This document shows, piece after piece, positions 1-13,400 of a stretch of 64,000 nt of DNA. Position 1 is the stretch's first letter. Every line of letters begins with the position of its first letter. The position numbers and the translations under genes are program-made. The notes below the pieces were generated by a model. That model did not search any database. It was not told the origin of the DNA and saw only the letters and a program-made list of their open reading frames with translations. Source of the stretch: Pecten maximus (lineage: Eukaryota); the NCBI RefSeq assembly GCF_902652985.1, contig NC_047026.1:3782001-3846000 (forward strand), in the 5' to 3' direction.

Positions 1-1160
1 ATTTAGTCTATCATAGGGAGGTCAATGGGTTGTATCCCGGGATTTAGTCTGTCGTAGGGAGGGCAATGGGTTGTATCCCGAGATTTAGTCTATCATAGGG
101 AGGGCAATGGGTTGTATCCCGGGATTTAGTCTATCATAGGGAGGGCAATGGGTTGTATCCCGGGATTTAGTCTATCATAGGGAGGGCAATGGGTTGTATC
201 CCGGGATTTAGTCTATCACAGGGAGGGCAATGGGTTGTATCCCGGGATTTAGTCTATCATAGGGAGGGTCAATGGGTTGTATCCCGTGGTTTAGTCTATC
301 ATAGGGAGGGCAATGGGTTGTATCCCGGGGTTTAGTCTATCATAGAGAGGGTAATGGGTTGTATCCCGAGATTTAGTCTGTCATAGGGTGGTCATTGGGT
401 TGTATCCCCGGGGTTTAGTCTATCATAGGGAGGTCAATGGGTTGTATCCCGAGATTTAGTCTATCATAGGGAGGTAAGTGGGTTGTATCCCCGTGGTTTA
501 GTCTATCATAGGGAGGTCAATGGGTTGTATCCCGGGGTTTAGTCTATCATAGGGTGGTCAATGGGTTGTATCCCGAGATTTAGTCTATCATAGGGTGGTC
601 AATGGGTTGTATCTCCGAGATTTAGTCTATCATAGGGAGGTCAATGGGTTGTATCCCGGGGTTTAGTCTATCATAGGGAGGTCAATGGGTTGTATCCCGA
701 GATTTAGTCTATCATAGGGAGGGCAATGGGTTGTATCTCCGGGATTTAGTCTATCATAGGGAGGGTAATGGGTTGTATCTCCGGGATTTAGTCTATCATA
801 GGGAGGGCAATGGGTTGTATCACGAGATTTAGTCTATCATAGGGAGGTCAATGGGTTGTATCCCCGAGATTTAGTCTGTCATAGGGAGGTCAATGGGCTG
901 TGTTCCCGAGATTTAGTCTATCATAGGGAGGTCAATGGGTTGTATCCCGGGGTTTAGTCTATCATAGGGAGGTCAATGGGTTGTATCCCCGAGATTTAGT
1001 CTATCATAGGGTGGTCAATGAGTTGTATCCCGGGATTTAGTCTGTCACAGGAAGGGCAATGGATTGTATCCCGGGATTTAGTCTGTAGTAGGTAGGGCAA
1101 TGGGTTGTATCCCCGATATTTTGCTCATTTTAAGGAGGTCTTTGGGTTGTATCCCGGGAT
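1..1160. repeat. 41-bp minisatellite (ATTTAGTCTATCATAGGGAGGTCAATGGGTTGTATCCCGGG), runs off the left edge
   Basis: About 28 head-to-tail units, degenerating towards 1160. Confidence 0.97.
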
Positions 1161-1949
1161 TCTAAGGAGAGTAGGGTTATCCCTTGACAATAGTGTACAC
1201 AATTCCATTTAGTCATAGGTGTATGTCGCTCATTTATGAGACCGGTACTAAGAATTTTAGTATTATTATTCAATTCATAAAGTTCATATCAAATGCCTGT
1301 TATTCAAGAATGGAAATGGTACGTTTGAGTTTGTGAGCAGTGTTGCAGACAGGACGGACAAAATATGACATATCATCAACGATCAGTGCGGCGTTTGGCC
1401 TGGCGGACGTTATTCCGTCCGGACCTCCCTGTTATACATAGAATCCGTCAATGACAATGATCATATCTCAGTAGGTCTCAACTATCTTTAGCTATTTTGA
1501 TTTTGCGATACATGATCTCAATATCCTTTACACTGGACTCTAACATGATTTTATAAAGAATATACAGATAAACACGTGATCCGAAGATATAGATTTGAAT
1601 TTCCTGTCGTACATATATAGTTGTACCGAGAGAAATATTCACAATATATGTACAATTCGTATCCATGTATGTAAATACATTGCGATCCAGGTATTCATAT
1701 AATCTTATAGACGACTTCCACAATGATCATGTCAGGATATCGGGCTGACCATCACTGCGCCATTGAAACGTTCTTTTTTTAAGAGCTGCGGGTATTTCTG
1801 GCTAGGCGATTGGGTGCCGTAGATCGTGAGTTCGAGGCCCGGTCAGGGCAAGAGTCAAAAAGTTGTCTTCCTTCGTCAATTGTGTTGCTAATTTATATAT
1901 ATATATGTATAATATATACATCTTTAACATACATAAGCTCTGTAATTAT

Positions 1950-3900
1950 GTATTAAAACATTTCTGGATCAATATTCATCAAGTTTTTAATGCACTAAGT
2001 AACAGATGGTGCCGTTATCATACCTTCCGAAAGACTCTTCCATAATCTTCTACTCGTAGAGAAAAGAAATATTTCCTTATTTGAATATTTGGAGTTTGTT
2101 GATGCAAGTTTGGTACTAATATATTTTCAGAATGATCCTGCCTGCTTTTTAAAAAAAGAAATCCAAGGCCTTTCTGTCGTAAACAGCGCTTGTTATTTTG
2201 TATACCTCTTGATGAAATCTCCTCTTGCATGTCTCTTAATGTGGGTAATTTAAGTATATTTTTTTGTCGTAACGGATATTCCAGATCCCCGAACCCTGGT
2301 ATCTGTTTATTTGCCCTCCTCTGAACCCCTTCTTACAAACAGATTTGTTTAACCGTGTGTAGTGGGTACCAAACCGAATCCGCATGCTCTAAATGAACTC
2401 TACCAAATTTTTTATATAAATTCGGGAAAGTACGTTCATTACAGCGAACACGGATTTTTTTTTCTGTTTAACATCTGGTTATCAAAAGTAAGGGCATTGT
2501 CTATAAATACTCCAGGATCCTTCTCCTGCCATAAATCTTCTAATTCTACATTATTTAAGTAATAGGTTTGTTCTCCTTGCATATGACCTTTGTGCACTGA
2601 ATTCGTATTTCCTAGAATGGGATCTCGATAACCATATGAAACTCAACTCAGAGTCTTTTCATATCCACTTGGAGAGTGTTTACATCTCCAAACTCGCATA
2701 CAAACTTTGTACAATAGAGTATCATCAGCAAGCAGGTAGCCCATGGAGACAAACCGCCGACCTACGGTCAGTACCTGGCAACTGCCCACCATAGGTTTCG
2801 AACTAGCAACCCAGAGGTGGAGGGCTAGTGATAAAGTGTCGGTATACCTTAACCACTCGGCCATCGCAGTCCCTACATATTACTTGGGAGATCATTAATA
2901 TACAATAAATATTTGTTCTCTGTTGGATATAAAGCTCGACTCCTAATTAATAATCTCTTCACTGAACCCGTAATCAACATTTTCCGTAATAGTCTTTTAT
3001 GTGGAATAGTATAAAGTCCTATTGCTAGGTCTTGATCCGAAGTATTGGCCAGAGTAGCAGAACTACCTAGTTGGCGCAAAACATATTGCCTTGACGAAAA
3101 CAAATTATTTTGTTTGATATCTAATATGTGTCATCCTTGACCTTACACGCTGTAGATGTCAAGCTGACAGATCTAAAATTAAATTTGTAAAATTAGGAAC
3201 CAATGCGGATTAATTATCCGGAACAAATAAAATCAGCAATGAAAGGGACATAACTCATAACGATAATATTGAATAGTCAAAATGTTGTTCCAAGTTTCAC
3301 ATCTATGATATATAACAGTTTCCCCTTAATCCTTGTAGATGGCGCTATCTTTAGCCATTTCCCAATCACGCGGCATTGTCCCACATTTCAGAGAAATATT
3401 GTACAATGATACTAGTGGTGTTGATATGGAGTCTGCTGTATATCTGAGAAAGTGTGAATGTAACCCACCATGCCCCGAGGATTTATATTTTTTATTATTA
3501 TTATATATATTTTTTTTTTTTTTTTTTAAATATTTCATTATTTGTTCTTTATCGACATTTTCACTCTCGTCATTTCCGGGTCCTCCGGTAGCCGGTTCAT
3601 TGATAAAGACACCATAAACTTTCACTATCGATAACCGCTTTGTGCGAGCGATCATTTCCGTTTTATTTTTGGATCGAATATATCTCCATATAGCTTTTAG
3701 TTCTGTTCAGCCTCAACTACTAGATTCATCTCGAAATCTTTTCTGGCCTTCCATGTTTGATTCCTACAAAAACATTAAATCTTGTTTTGCAGTATTCTCG
3801 TCAGATATTTTGGCAATCTACGGCAACCTTATTTTTCTAATAAGTTACCTGCCACCAGAGGGCGACAGTGTCGATGATCACTGGATTTCTTTCCGCTAGC
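1950..3900 (-). mobile_element. Degenerate CR1-clade LINE ORF2 (RT) remnant
   Basis: Colinear RT motifs on the minus strand: SISTPLVSLYNISLKCGTMPRDWEMAK (~3340-3440), YLLYINDLP (~2885-2910), LLADDTLLY (~2710-2737), EKDPGVFIDN (~2500), GVQRRANKQIPG (~2300). Many stops and frameshifts. Confidence 0.8.
2750..2873 (-). mobile_element. tRNA-derived SINE, 5' half, nested in the CR1 remnant
   Basis: Matches the head of the full copy at 59535-59754 (TGGCCGAGTGGTTAAGG...GTTCGAAACC...GGCAGTTGCCAGGTAC). Confidence 0.8.
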
Positions 3901-3947
3901 ATGCACTTATGAATGTTTAGCCAAACAGCGACAGCAGACACACACGT

Positions 3948-3948
3948 A

Positions 3949-3975
<27 letters not shown>
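3948..3975. repeat. (CT)n microsatellite
   Basis: Direct reading. Confidence 0.9.
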
Positions 3976-3979
<4 letters not shown>

Positions 3980-6900
3980 CCCGACAGAGGACGACAGTGT
4001 TAGTCACATGTCACGTGGTATTTTCTCAAAGAAGTATAAAGAAATTAATTTCCAAACAAACTTTTATAAATTGTATTTTCCTTTATTAATGCTGGTACCT
4101 CCTCGCTACCAGCGTTTGACAAACGACGGGGGCGCCACTGATTTGGTCACGTGCTTTCCGACAGCACACCCGGTATCCCCGACGCCCGAAGCACACGTGA
4201 CCTTTATAAGTCAACAGGTGTATTTTCCTGCGCGCCACCTGTTGGCGGATTCTAAATATACGAGCGTACTTGGAAACAATGGCTACCACCTCAGGTGAAA
4301 TACGTTTCCCTTTAGCTTTACCTACACGTTCTCTGTTCAAAGACTTCCGGGTGTTCTTGGTTCGCTTTCTGTCATCAGTGCTATGACGTGGTTTTGTCTG
4401 CAAAATTAGACACGAGGGCATGAAATGCAATGAATTGAATAACAACTTGGATGATATAAGTACATGTATACTGTATAGTTAAATTTAGTATTTCTAAGAA
4501 AAATGTAGAAAAAAATGTTTATTTTGTTTCTGGAACTATTAAATTTCAGAACACTATTCAGTCAAAAGGGCGTTTAAAGTTTTGGGTTACTTTCATGAAT
4601 GCTAAATAGTAATATGATTATCAGGGACCAATGCTGGACACCACAATAACAGATTTTAAGATATGAAAGATTTTAAAATATACATATTTATAAATAAATA
4701 TAAAATGTGTTATTATGTAAATTTATCAATATTGTCTAGGCCATTGAATGTTGTATTGTTTAATTGTATATTGGAAGAGGGATTTTATAAGTTGCAAAAA
4801 AACTTGTGCCCTATCCTTTTGTTCAAAAGACAATAAAATAAGTTTTAACTGAAAACCACAACAACCATTTAAGTGTACATTGGTTCGTATATCATCACCA
4901 GTGTTGGGTTTTAAGCATGCAGTTTCGATGACTACAATGTCGCCTTCATCAGATACATGGCCAGTGAAGCATAGTCTGTTCATCAAATCCTTTGAAAAGA
5001 AAATGTTTTAAAATAGTGGAGATTTTATTTCATTGCATATTTTGTTCTCAACGATATTTTGTTTTTGTTTCATTCTTTTTAAATCCTAACGCAGATTGCA
5101 TTTGATCTTGTACGTAATTAAAAATATATAAATAAGTAAACATAAAATAAATAAATAGATAAAAAAATAAATAAATCAAAAAATACAGGTATGACGGTGT
5201 ATGTTGATGAGACTAATATGATATACATTGTATGTTTGCTACTGAAATAAGCTACCAAGTAATAAATAAATGTCCGAGTTTCGTGTTCCGTCTGTTATCT
5301 AGTATTCTAGACGTCTCTTTTTAGTTCATTGTACAATAAAATTGGTCGATTATCAAAGAAAATATCCTAAGGAAATTAGGCTTAACAACGATACAGTTCC
5401 CTATGCATGCCGCTGTCGTGCATTTTTAAAACGACTTTTCAGAAACAGGCTATACGACGAATCCGTCATTGTGTCGTCTGCTCCTGTAGTTTTGTGGCGG
5501 AAATTATGCATCAGGAACAGAGGCAGAAAGAAACTATTGCCAATTTGACATTAAAAAATTCCCCAAATAAAGATTAACGAAAACGTTCGGCATTCAAGTG
5601 TCAAAAAGATTAGTCCGTATTTTGGAAGATGACAGGATGAAATGCTGACATAGCCAACGCATTGAAAACCACAGAGACAAGCATGGAATCAATTTCACAG
5701 AATGAAAGATGCGAGTTGAGTGGGCTTGCCGCGAACATTCCTGTCAACAGATGTCTCCATATCAGATTGAATTCAAGAAATAATTATCGAATAACAGGGA
5801 AACAAATAAAATATAAGGTAAGTGACTTTATTTTACAGATCCAAGATCCTCAACAAACCGCCGCCATATTGAAAATTGTGACCGCAGCATTCTGTCCGTT
5901 TGAGGTGAAATATAGCTTGTACACGTGACTCAAGCTGAACTATTTTATAATAACTAGAGCTGTCGTTTATGAAATTGATGTATGTGACAGTTCAGTCTTA
6001 AATGACAGTAGCAGGTCTCTTATTCACTTTTAAGTACACAAAATAACCTAAATGTGTTTTTAATAACTTCAAACGGTGTACGTCGAGTGTTCTATTAAAC
6101 CAAGTTACGTATCAATGAGGCAACACGGGCCATATAAACACTCTTTCGGCTATAAGTGATCAAAAATACCACATATAAAAATAATGGCCTTGCATTTAAT
6201 GTATATTCACAAGATATTCTAAACCAAACTTTAATAAGATGTGATGTTTTGAACGAGTAGCTTATGTGAAATTTCACAATTAGATTTTTTTTTCTATTTA
6301 TTTATTTATTTTCTTTTTTTTTTTACTGAACATGCTTATGGGAATCGAAGAAGAACGTCTAGCGATAAAGTCAACATTCTATATATACTATATAGTGACG
6401 ATGACCTTGTTCAAAATCATAAATGACTTTCCCTCATTTTGTTTTTAAAGCGTCGCGCTTTTAATTCGTACCGTCACAAACAGGAGTTGTTGCCCTTACA
6501 AAAGCGCCCCCATGTGCGGATTTTTATTTGATTGAAAATAATTTTATGCTTGACAGTTATAACGTTCTCATTTAAAATGATATTATCACGTGTCTTTGCT
6601 GCCAAATAAAAATGTAAACAAATATATAAAGACCATTCACGGTTAAAGGTGGGAAAATATTCCTTCCATATACAGTACTAGTACAAATATTGATGGCGAG
6701 CACAGCGACAGTTTAACGATTTCTATGTGAATTAGATCAGGGGCATGAACATAAGACAAAAATATCGTTTTGAAAGAAAAAATAAGATTATTCAAAAAAA
6801 TATAATCATAAGGATGTATATTGTATCATGAGCTGACTGCCAAATGATTGTAAATCCTGTACATATCAAATGTATGTTGTCAGAATAAGTCTGTACAGAC

Positions 6901-7106
6901 ATCAGTTGAAAAAGATTTTTGACAAATCCTTGCGACGATTCCAATACACAACTATAATTTCTTTTGATACAAAAAATCGTTTATTTGCAACATTTATAAA
7001 CTATCAAATTTTAACGAATAAATGTACATATTTATATATAATCCGTGTATGCGAAGAAAAAATCTAGTACATCACGATATTACATCAGGATTACATATTT
7101 AATATG

Positions 7107-7710
7107 AAACGAGAGGGCCATCAGCTTTAAAGGTCACCTGAGTTTTGAAATATTTCAGTTAATTTGACCATTTTTGGCCCCGTCCATCAGCCCAGGGGGT
7201 CAGTCAGAGCCAATATACAAGTACTTTTCAACAGATATCCCATACTGATAATTCTAACAAATTTTGTGTCATTTCTAATGGCAATTGGAACAAATAATGT
7301 TCAAAAATATGAATTTCCTATATAAACTATAGTAAACTTTACCCCTTTCCAGAGGGAAACGTGATACCCCAGGGTCATGAAATTCATAATTTGAGTAAAG
7401 GACCTTCAGACCTTTCTATCTGTAAAGAGTATTTGATTATACCATATCTGGGAGTTGAGAATTTTTCAATTTTTTTTTTATTTTAGCCAAGTTGACGCTT
7501 TTTGGCCCCGCCTCTCGGGCCCTTGGGGGGTCGGGACCATACAATTCACGATTTTTGTTGACCTTTGACCATGGAAGCCTCCTGGCACATTTCATTAAAT
7601 TTGGTTCAACGGTTTTTGAGAAGAAGTCGAAAATGTAAATTGTTTATGACGCACGACGCCGGACAAAAGGTCATAGGTCAACTGTGACTTCGTCTCAGGT
7701 GACCTAAAAA
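7107..7710. mobile_element. Non-autonomous Helentron-like element (HINE)
   Basis: Subterminal inverted repeat AGGTCACCTGAG (7131-7142) / CTCAGGTGACCT (7694-7705); imperfect hairpin at 7675-7705; A-run end; internal duplicated TTTTTGGCCCCG segments. Confidence 0.6.
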
Positions 7711-10105
7711 CACCAACTATTCACTAAATTAACTATGACGAAATTTCCGAATATCATAATTTATTTGAATATCATTAAATAATGCTGAAACATATTTTTT
7801 GAAATAATCTTATATCACATGACAAATTGAATTGCATTAGTTCTGTCACGTGACAGTATCACGTGGTGATTAGGATGTCACGCGACAGGATTAACAAAAA
7901 GAAACCAGATATAAAGTAGTATTAAAATGTCCCTGTTTATAATATCGGGGTTTATTTTGTTGATAAATGAAAACAAAATGAATAGAGAAATAGATATTTG
8001 TTCATGTTAGCTAAACTAAATAACAAGAATTATGTGTTCCTGTGTCCAAACTATGACGTAAACGACTGCGAAAAAATGAATGAGGTAAACAAATTTATTT
8101 TCATTTGTTAAATTTATTCTTTAGTGAAGGTGTGTTAAGATTATTGAAGGAGTTATCACCAAACCATCAAAATCTTACATTTCTATACGAAAATTTTGGT
8201 CTTATTCTAAATACAAATGTATGTATAATATCACGTTTGGCATGTTCAACCTTTGTTTTAGCTGAACACCAGCTTTTCTGAGACCCTCCCCTCCTCCAAC
8301 TAAAACCAATGAAGGAATGATAATATAAAATTATGTTTGAATGAGTGAAAATTTGTTCATATCATAAGATACGGTTTTAATGAGTTATCGCCATTTCTCA
8401 AAATTAACGAAGAAAAGAATCCACAAAAAAACTTAATTACCCCAATATCAATGTTTGTGCTGACAAGAGTCGTACAAGGATATATACAATATGTACATAT
8501 ATGGGTGTGAGATGTTGACATTAGATACAGCCCAAACTACCTCTGAACCCAACCCCTGACGTTCGACATTTAGACAGATGGATGTCCGGATGGTTAAAAT
8601 CACTGTCAAATGTCCAGCGTCTGGTGTTTGGGTCGAAGGAAAATCGGGCTAGTATCGGCAAAATGGATTGGCAGCAGATCTGTACGTGTTCGTTGATATA
8701 TCGGAATAAGCCTGATCGTGAACCGGATCTGATGATTTTAAATGTAACATTTCAACGTAAAACCCGAGGAAACGGATATGTTAATATCACAAGAACTTGA
8801 ATAGAAGAATTGAAGGCTAGCAAGAAAGCAAAATCCTATCATTATATCTTGTCAAACTGTTTAGATAACACTGGAATGGCCACAATGTACCTGTGTATTG
8901 TTGTATCACGGGACTTTGGGATTATGACACGTTTTAGTTTTTATACTATGTGAAGGACTAAACAGCAGTGAGGTCTATGAAGCCAATATCCATGTGAAGG
9001 AAAAAGCCATGCATACCAAGCTACCGTCAAAGTTCATACACATACCATCTCGCATACCAACGCGCTTCTATACAATCATCGTAGCAACATCGACTCGTCA
9101 ATTTAAACAGAAAGGATGGGCGTGTTTAAATGTTAGCGGTGTCCTTGGTCACTTAAGTGATAATTGGCCATCAAATATACATCGCACGGATCTAACGCCC
9201 GATCTACATTCTTTTGGGAGAATACCCAACCGTTTAGATGATTTGACTCATTACAGCGCAACTCCAATGGCAACAACTTGGGTGAATTTCCAGCAATCTT
9301 CCAAAAATTCACTCAAGTTTGCAAGTTGGTTTTCAAAGATCGTCGGAAATTTCATTGAAATGTTGAGATTTGGCATACCTTGAAGGAGTTATCTCCCTTA
9401 CACATAAATCTATATTTATGTAAGTTACCACCCTAATACACGATATAATTCTGCCAATCACATGAAAGTTGCCTCCTGTACATTATACCACCATCTGCGC
9501 GAGACCTTAGTATTTTAATGTTGTCAAATAGAATTGCTCTTGTACCTCATGCTTGAATGTACATGTTATTCAAAATAAACTCAGAGATATAAATGGTTGT
9601 ACTGTAGAAACGGTTAATGCTCCACTGCGAAGTTTTATATCGATGGCTCGTTCTATTTACTTGTAGTTTCCGATATAAAGATCAATAAAACAATATCTTG
9701 GCTACAACCTGAAAATAACGACACTAAAGTTAGGATCATTCTTCCAACACACATGTTTTGGCCGAAGTACGACCTCATACAACACCCAAACACACACTGC
9801 TTATATATCTCAATCGCAACACCTCGGCTCATTCCGTTAAGGTTCGGAGAATTCACGGAAATTGCCGATACGTTGCGATTGCTTCCTTCACAGTACGTTA
9901 AATGTCTATAGCACTATTGTAGTAAACATTATTATTTCTCTATAATTACATGGCAAAATAATTTAAGGTTTATGTACAAAGCTGCTATAACCACGCCAAC
10001 AACAACCAGGCAGTCAGTTCTACGTCATGGTCAAGTGGAAGACGACTATGATGTAAATGACCTCATGATATCTATCAATGTTATTGACACTCTTGACCAC
10101 TGTAT

Positions 10106-10111
10106 TTTATT
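10106..10111 (-). terminator. Candidate polyadenylation signal (AATAAA) for CSRP
   Basis: tttatt on the + strand about 240 bp downstream of the predicted stop; position only. Confidence 0.3.
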
Positions 10112-10347
10112 AAGTATATGTCTTGTGACGTCATAAATGTACGGGGCAAAGTCGTTTATATCTGACGAACACAACGTCGGGTCGACACTTGTTGTCGGCC
10201 CATATATCAAACATACTGATGTCTATGATCACATTTGTAGGCACTTGAAGACATATGTGGTGTTGAGAGCTCATTAATGTCATATAATAACGATTTTGTT
10301 TTGAACAGTCTGACGAAGAGGCACGTGAAAATTAGGCGGAAGTGTTC

Positions 10348-10418
10348 CTAAACCCGGGACATCAGGCGCTGGAGGAATAAGGAAAGAAGAACAGCCACCA
10401 ACGAAATAGAAAATCCAG
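10348..10418 (-). CDS. CSRP terminal coding exon, GPI-signal-like hydrophobic tail
   Basis: Strong acceptor ccttgtttcgttttcag|CT. Reads (A)GFSISLVAVLLSLFLQRLMSRV then TAG; phase 1 matches the previous donor. Confidence 0.72.
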
Positions 10419-13400
10419 CTGAAAACGAAACAAGGACAAGTGTTAATCACGTGTCGGGTAAGCGGGATATTTTTTTGGTGAATAATCATGCACATAAAAA
10501 CCCAGACAGCTAACAGACGAAAATCCTTCGTCGCCGTATTTGTTACAGTGATCATGAAACATAATGAATTATTACATGTACCTGAGATAATGCCGCGACG
10601 TAAGTTATATGAAGCACACAAACATGCCAACCACCCATGTCCCTGGCGCGCGCCATCAGCTGGTAAATAATAATATATGTTGACCCACCACACCAGCAAA
10701 AAAAAAACGCCATCTCATTCCAGGAAGCTACCGAACCTTAAATATGCGTATTTGATATTATGTGTCGATGCATGCGTCTTAAATAGTATACAGGCGCTCA
10801 TAACGAAACCAGTCAAAACACCAAGGTTCGTTTTGAAATGAGTTTTAAATGATTAAGGGAGTGGTTTGAGGGAGTGGTTTGAGGGAGGGAGGGGCTTGAG
10901 GGAGTGGATTAAGGGAGTGGTTTGAGGGAGCGGTTTGAGGGAGTGGATTGGGGAAGTGGTTTGAGGGAGTGGTTTGAGGGAGTGGGTTGAGGGAGTGGTT
11001 TGAGGGAGTGGCTTGAGGGAGTGGTTTGAGGGAGTGGTTTGAGGGAGGGGCTTGAGGGAGTGGATTAAGGGAGTGGTTTGAGGGAGTGGTTTGAGGGAGT
11101 GGTTTGAGGGAGTGGCTTGAGGGAGTGGATTGAGGGAGTGGATTGGGGGAGTGGTTTGAGGGAGTGGTTTGAGAAAGTGGATTGAGGGAGTTGTTTGAGG
11201 GAGTGGTTTGAGGGAGTGGTTTGAGGGAGTGGTTTGAAGGAGTGGTTTGAGGGAGTGGTCTGAGGGAGTGGATTGGGGGAGTGGTTTGAGGGAGTGGTTT
11301 GAGAAAGTGGATTGAGGGAGTTGTTTGAGGGAGTGGTTTGAGGGAGTGGTTTGAGGGAGGTTTGAGGGAGTGGTTTGAGGGAGTGGATTGGGGGAGTGGT
11401 TTGAGGGAGTGGTTTGAGGGAGTGGTTTGAGAAAGTGGATTGAGGGAGTGGTTTGAGGGAGTGGTTTGAGGGAGCGGTTTGAGGGCCTGGTTTGAGGGAG
11501 TGGATTGGGGGAGTGGTTTGAGGGAGTGGTTTGAGAGAGGGCTTTGAGGGAGTTGTTTGAGGGAGTGGTTTGAGGGAGTGGTTTGAAGGAGTGGTTTGAG
11601 GGAGTGAATTGATGGAGTGGTTCGAAGGATGGTTTGTGGGAGTGGTTTGAGGGAATGGTTTGAGGGAGCGGTTTGAGGGAGTGGTTTGAGGGAATGGTTT
11701 GAGGGAGTGGTTTGAGGGAGTGGTTTGTAGGAGTGGATTGTGGGAGTGGTTTAAGGTAATGTGGTGATTGGTAATGTACTTAGCATTCAGTGAGCTCAAG
11801 TATCGTTAGCTATGATGAAGTGATTATGAGTAAATCAAGAATGGAACAAGTGAGTTTACTCAAAGTTGGAATGGAGCAAGTGAGCTTAAGTTTACTCAAA
11901 GTTGGAATGGAGCAAGTGAGTTTGAGTTAACTCAAAGTTGTAATTGAGGAAGCGAGTTTAAGTTACTCAAAGTTGGAATAGAGGAGGGAGTTTGAGTTAC
12001 TCAAAGTTGGAATGGAGGAAGCGAGTTTGAGTTTACTCAAAGTTGGAATGGAGGAAGTGATTTTGAGTAAATTTAGAATTGAGAGAGTGAACTTGAGTAA
12101 ATCTAGAATGGATAGAATGAACTTGAGTTAAAATACATAATTTATTTTCGGTAAAATTTACATTGGGTCACCGAGTCTGAGTTAAGTTAGAATTGGGGAG
12201 TTAATTTGAGTTATTTTGTTCGGCGTTTAGCATCCCCAAAATGACCGAGGTCATATATAGTTTGTGTGTTAACGAACTCGCCCACAATGACCGAGGTGAT
12301 ATGTAGTTTGTGTCTGTTAACGAACTCACCCACAATGATTGAGGTCATATGTAGTTTGTGTCTGTTAACGAACTCGCTCAAAATGACCGAGGTCATATAT
12401 AGTTTGTTTCTGTTAACGAACTCATCCACAATGACCAAGGTCATATATAGTTTGTGTCTGTTAACGAACTCGCCCACAATGACCGAGGTCATAAATAGTT
12501 TGTGTCTGTTAACGAACTCGTTCACAATGACCGAGGTCATAAATAGTTTGTGTCTGTTAACGAACTCGCCCACAATGACCGAGGTCATAAATAGTTTGTG
12601 TCTGTTAACGAACTCGCCCACAATGACCGAGGTCATAAATAGTTTGTGTCTGTTAACGAACTCATCAGCAATGATATAAAAGACGGATCTTATGTATATT
12701 ATATATTGTTGGGTATGGTTTCTTTGCTGAGCGCCTGTTACTATATAACTAACTACGAACACAATGTCAGTATATAACTTACTCCTGTGGGCTTTACGAC
12801 ATTGTAGACTTTCGCTGTAACAGTAACATGATTGTACACAAATTTACAAAATCATCACCAAATGGACATATGATAACTGCATGCAAGATGAAAATCTCAA
12901 AGAACATAAAAATGAATGATATGATGACGGAATCCCTGTACCAATATACGCCAGACATATGACTCCTTAACCCAGCTTGATCTGACCAAGCTACGTTGAA
13001 CGACAGCAATTTACTCCTGTAAAAGGACATTTAGGGGAGATATTCACCATCTTATTTTCTTCTGACATCTTTATACAATGGAATTATATGTCATGAATGG
13101 AACTGAAACTATAATATGTGAGCAGTCACGCGCTGAATCCCAAACGACATGACCTTGATATTGGACAAATAGTAAAAAAGTACACCATGACTGCATATCA
13201 TATTACAATTTCGGATGGGCGAACAAAGATCAACCGATTTAAAAAAAATCTGCATTGTCATTATAGCTTCTAATACTACACTGTATTTCTATCCAGCAGA
13301 CAAGTTCGTATGTGGAGCATGACGTTCTGAAACGAGACAGTCTATGGCGGTGTGGTGGGACCTTAAAATTCTATCCTTACCTGCCCGACAGATGGCAGTA

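Noticed and set aside
1-1160. Regular 41-bp repeats (and the 40-bp array at 48428-50295) as CRISPR arrays
   Set aside because: Units are head-to-tail with no unique spacers, there are no cas genes, and the context is eukaryotic.
1300-1430. Possible isolated minus-strand exons here and at ~4850-4990
   Set aside because: No recognisable protein motif or consistent partner exons.
11065-11799. 244-aa Pro/Ser/Thr-rich ORF as a mucin-like exon
   Set aside because: It is a translation of the 13-bp satellite; the period is not a multiple of 3, it has no ATG start, and no splice support was found.
12211-12762. Periodic ORFs here and at 24665-25942, 27427-27645, 30564-30927 and 39189-39717
   Set aside because: All arise from tandem repeats, often open in several frames or on both strands.
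12794-13030. Alternative terminal exon of CSRP
   Set aside because: The acceptor near 13017 gives a stop after 8 codons in the required phase; the 10348-10418 exon fits a GPI-like tail better. It cannot be fully excluded as an isoform.
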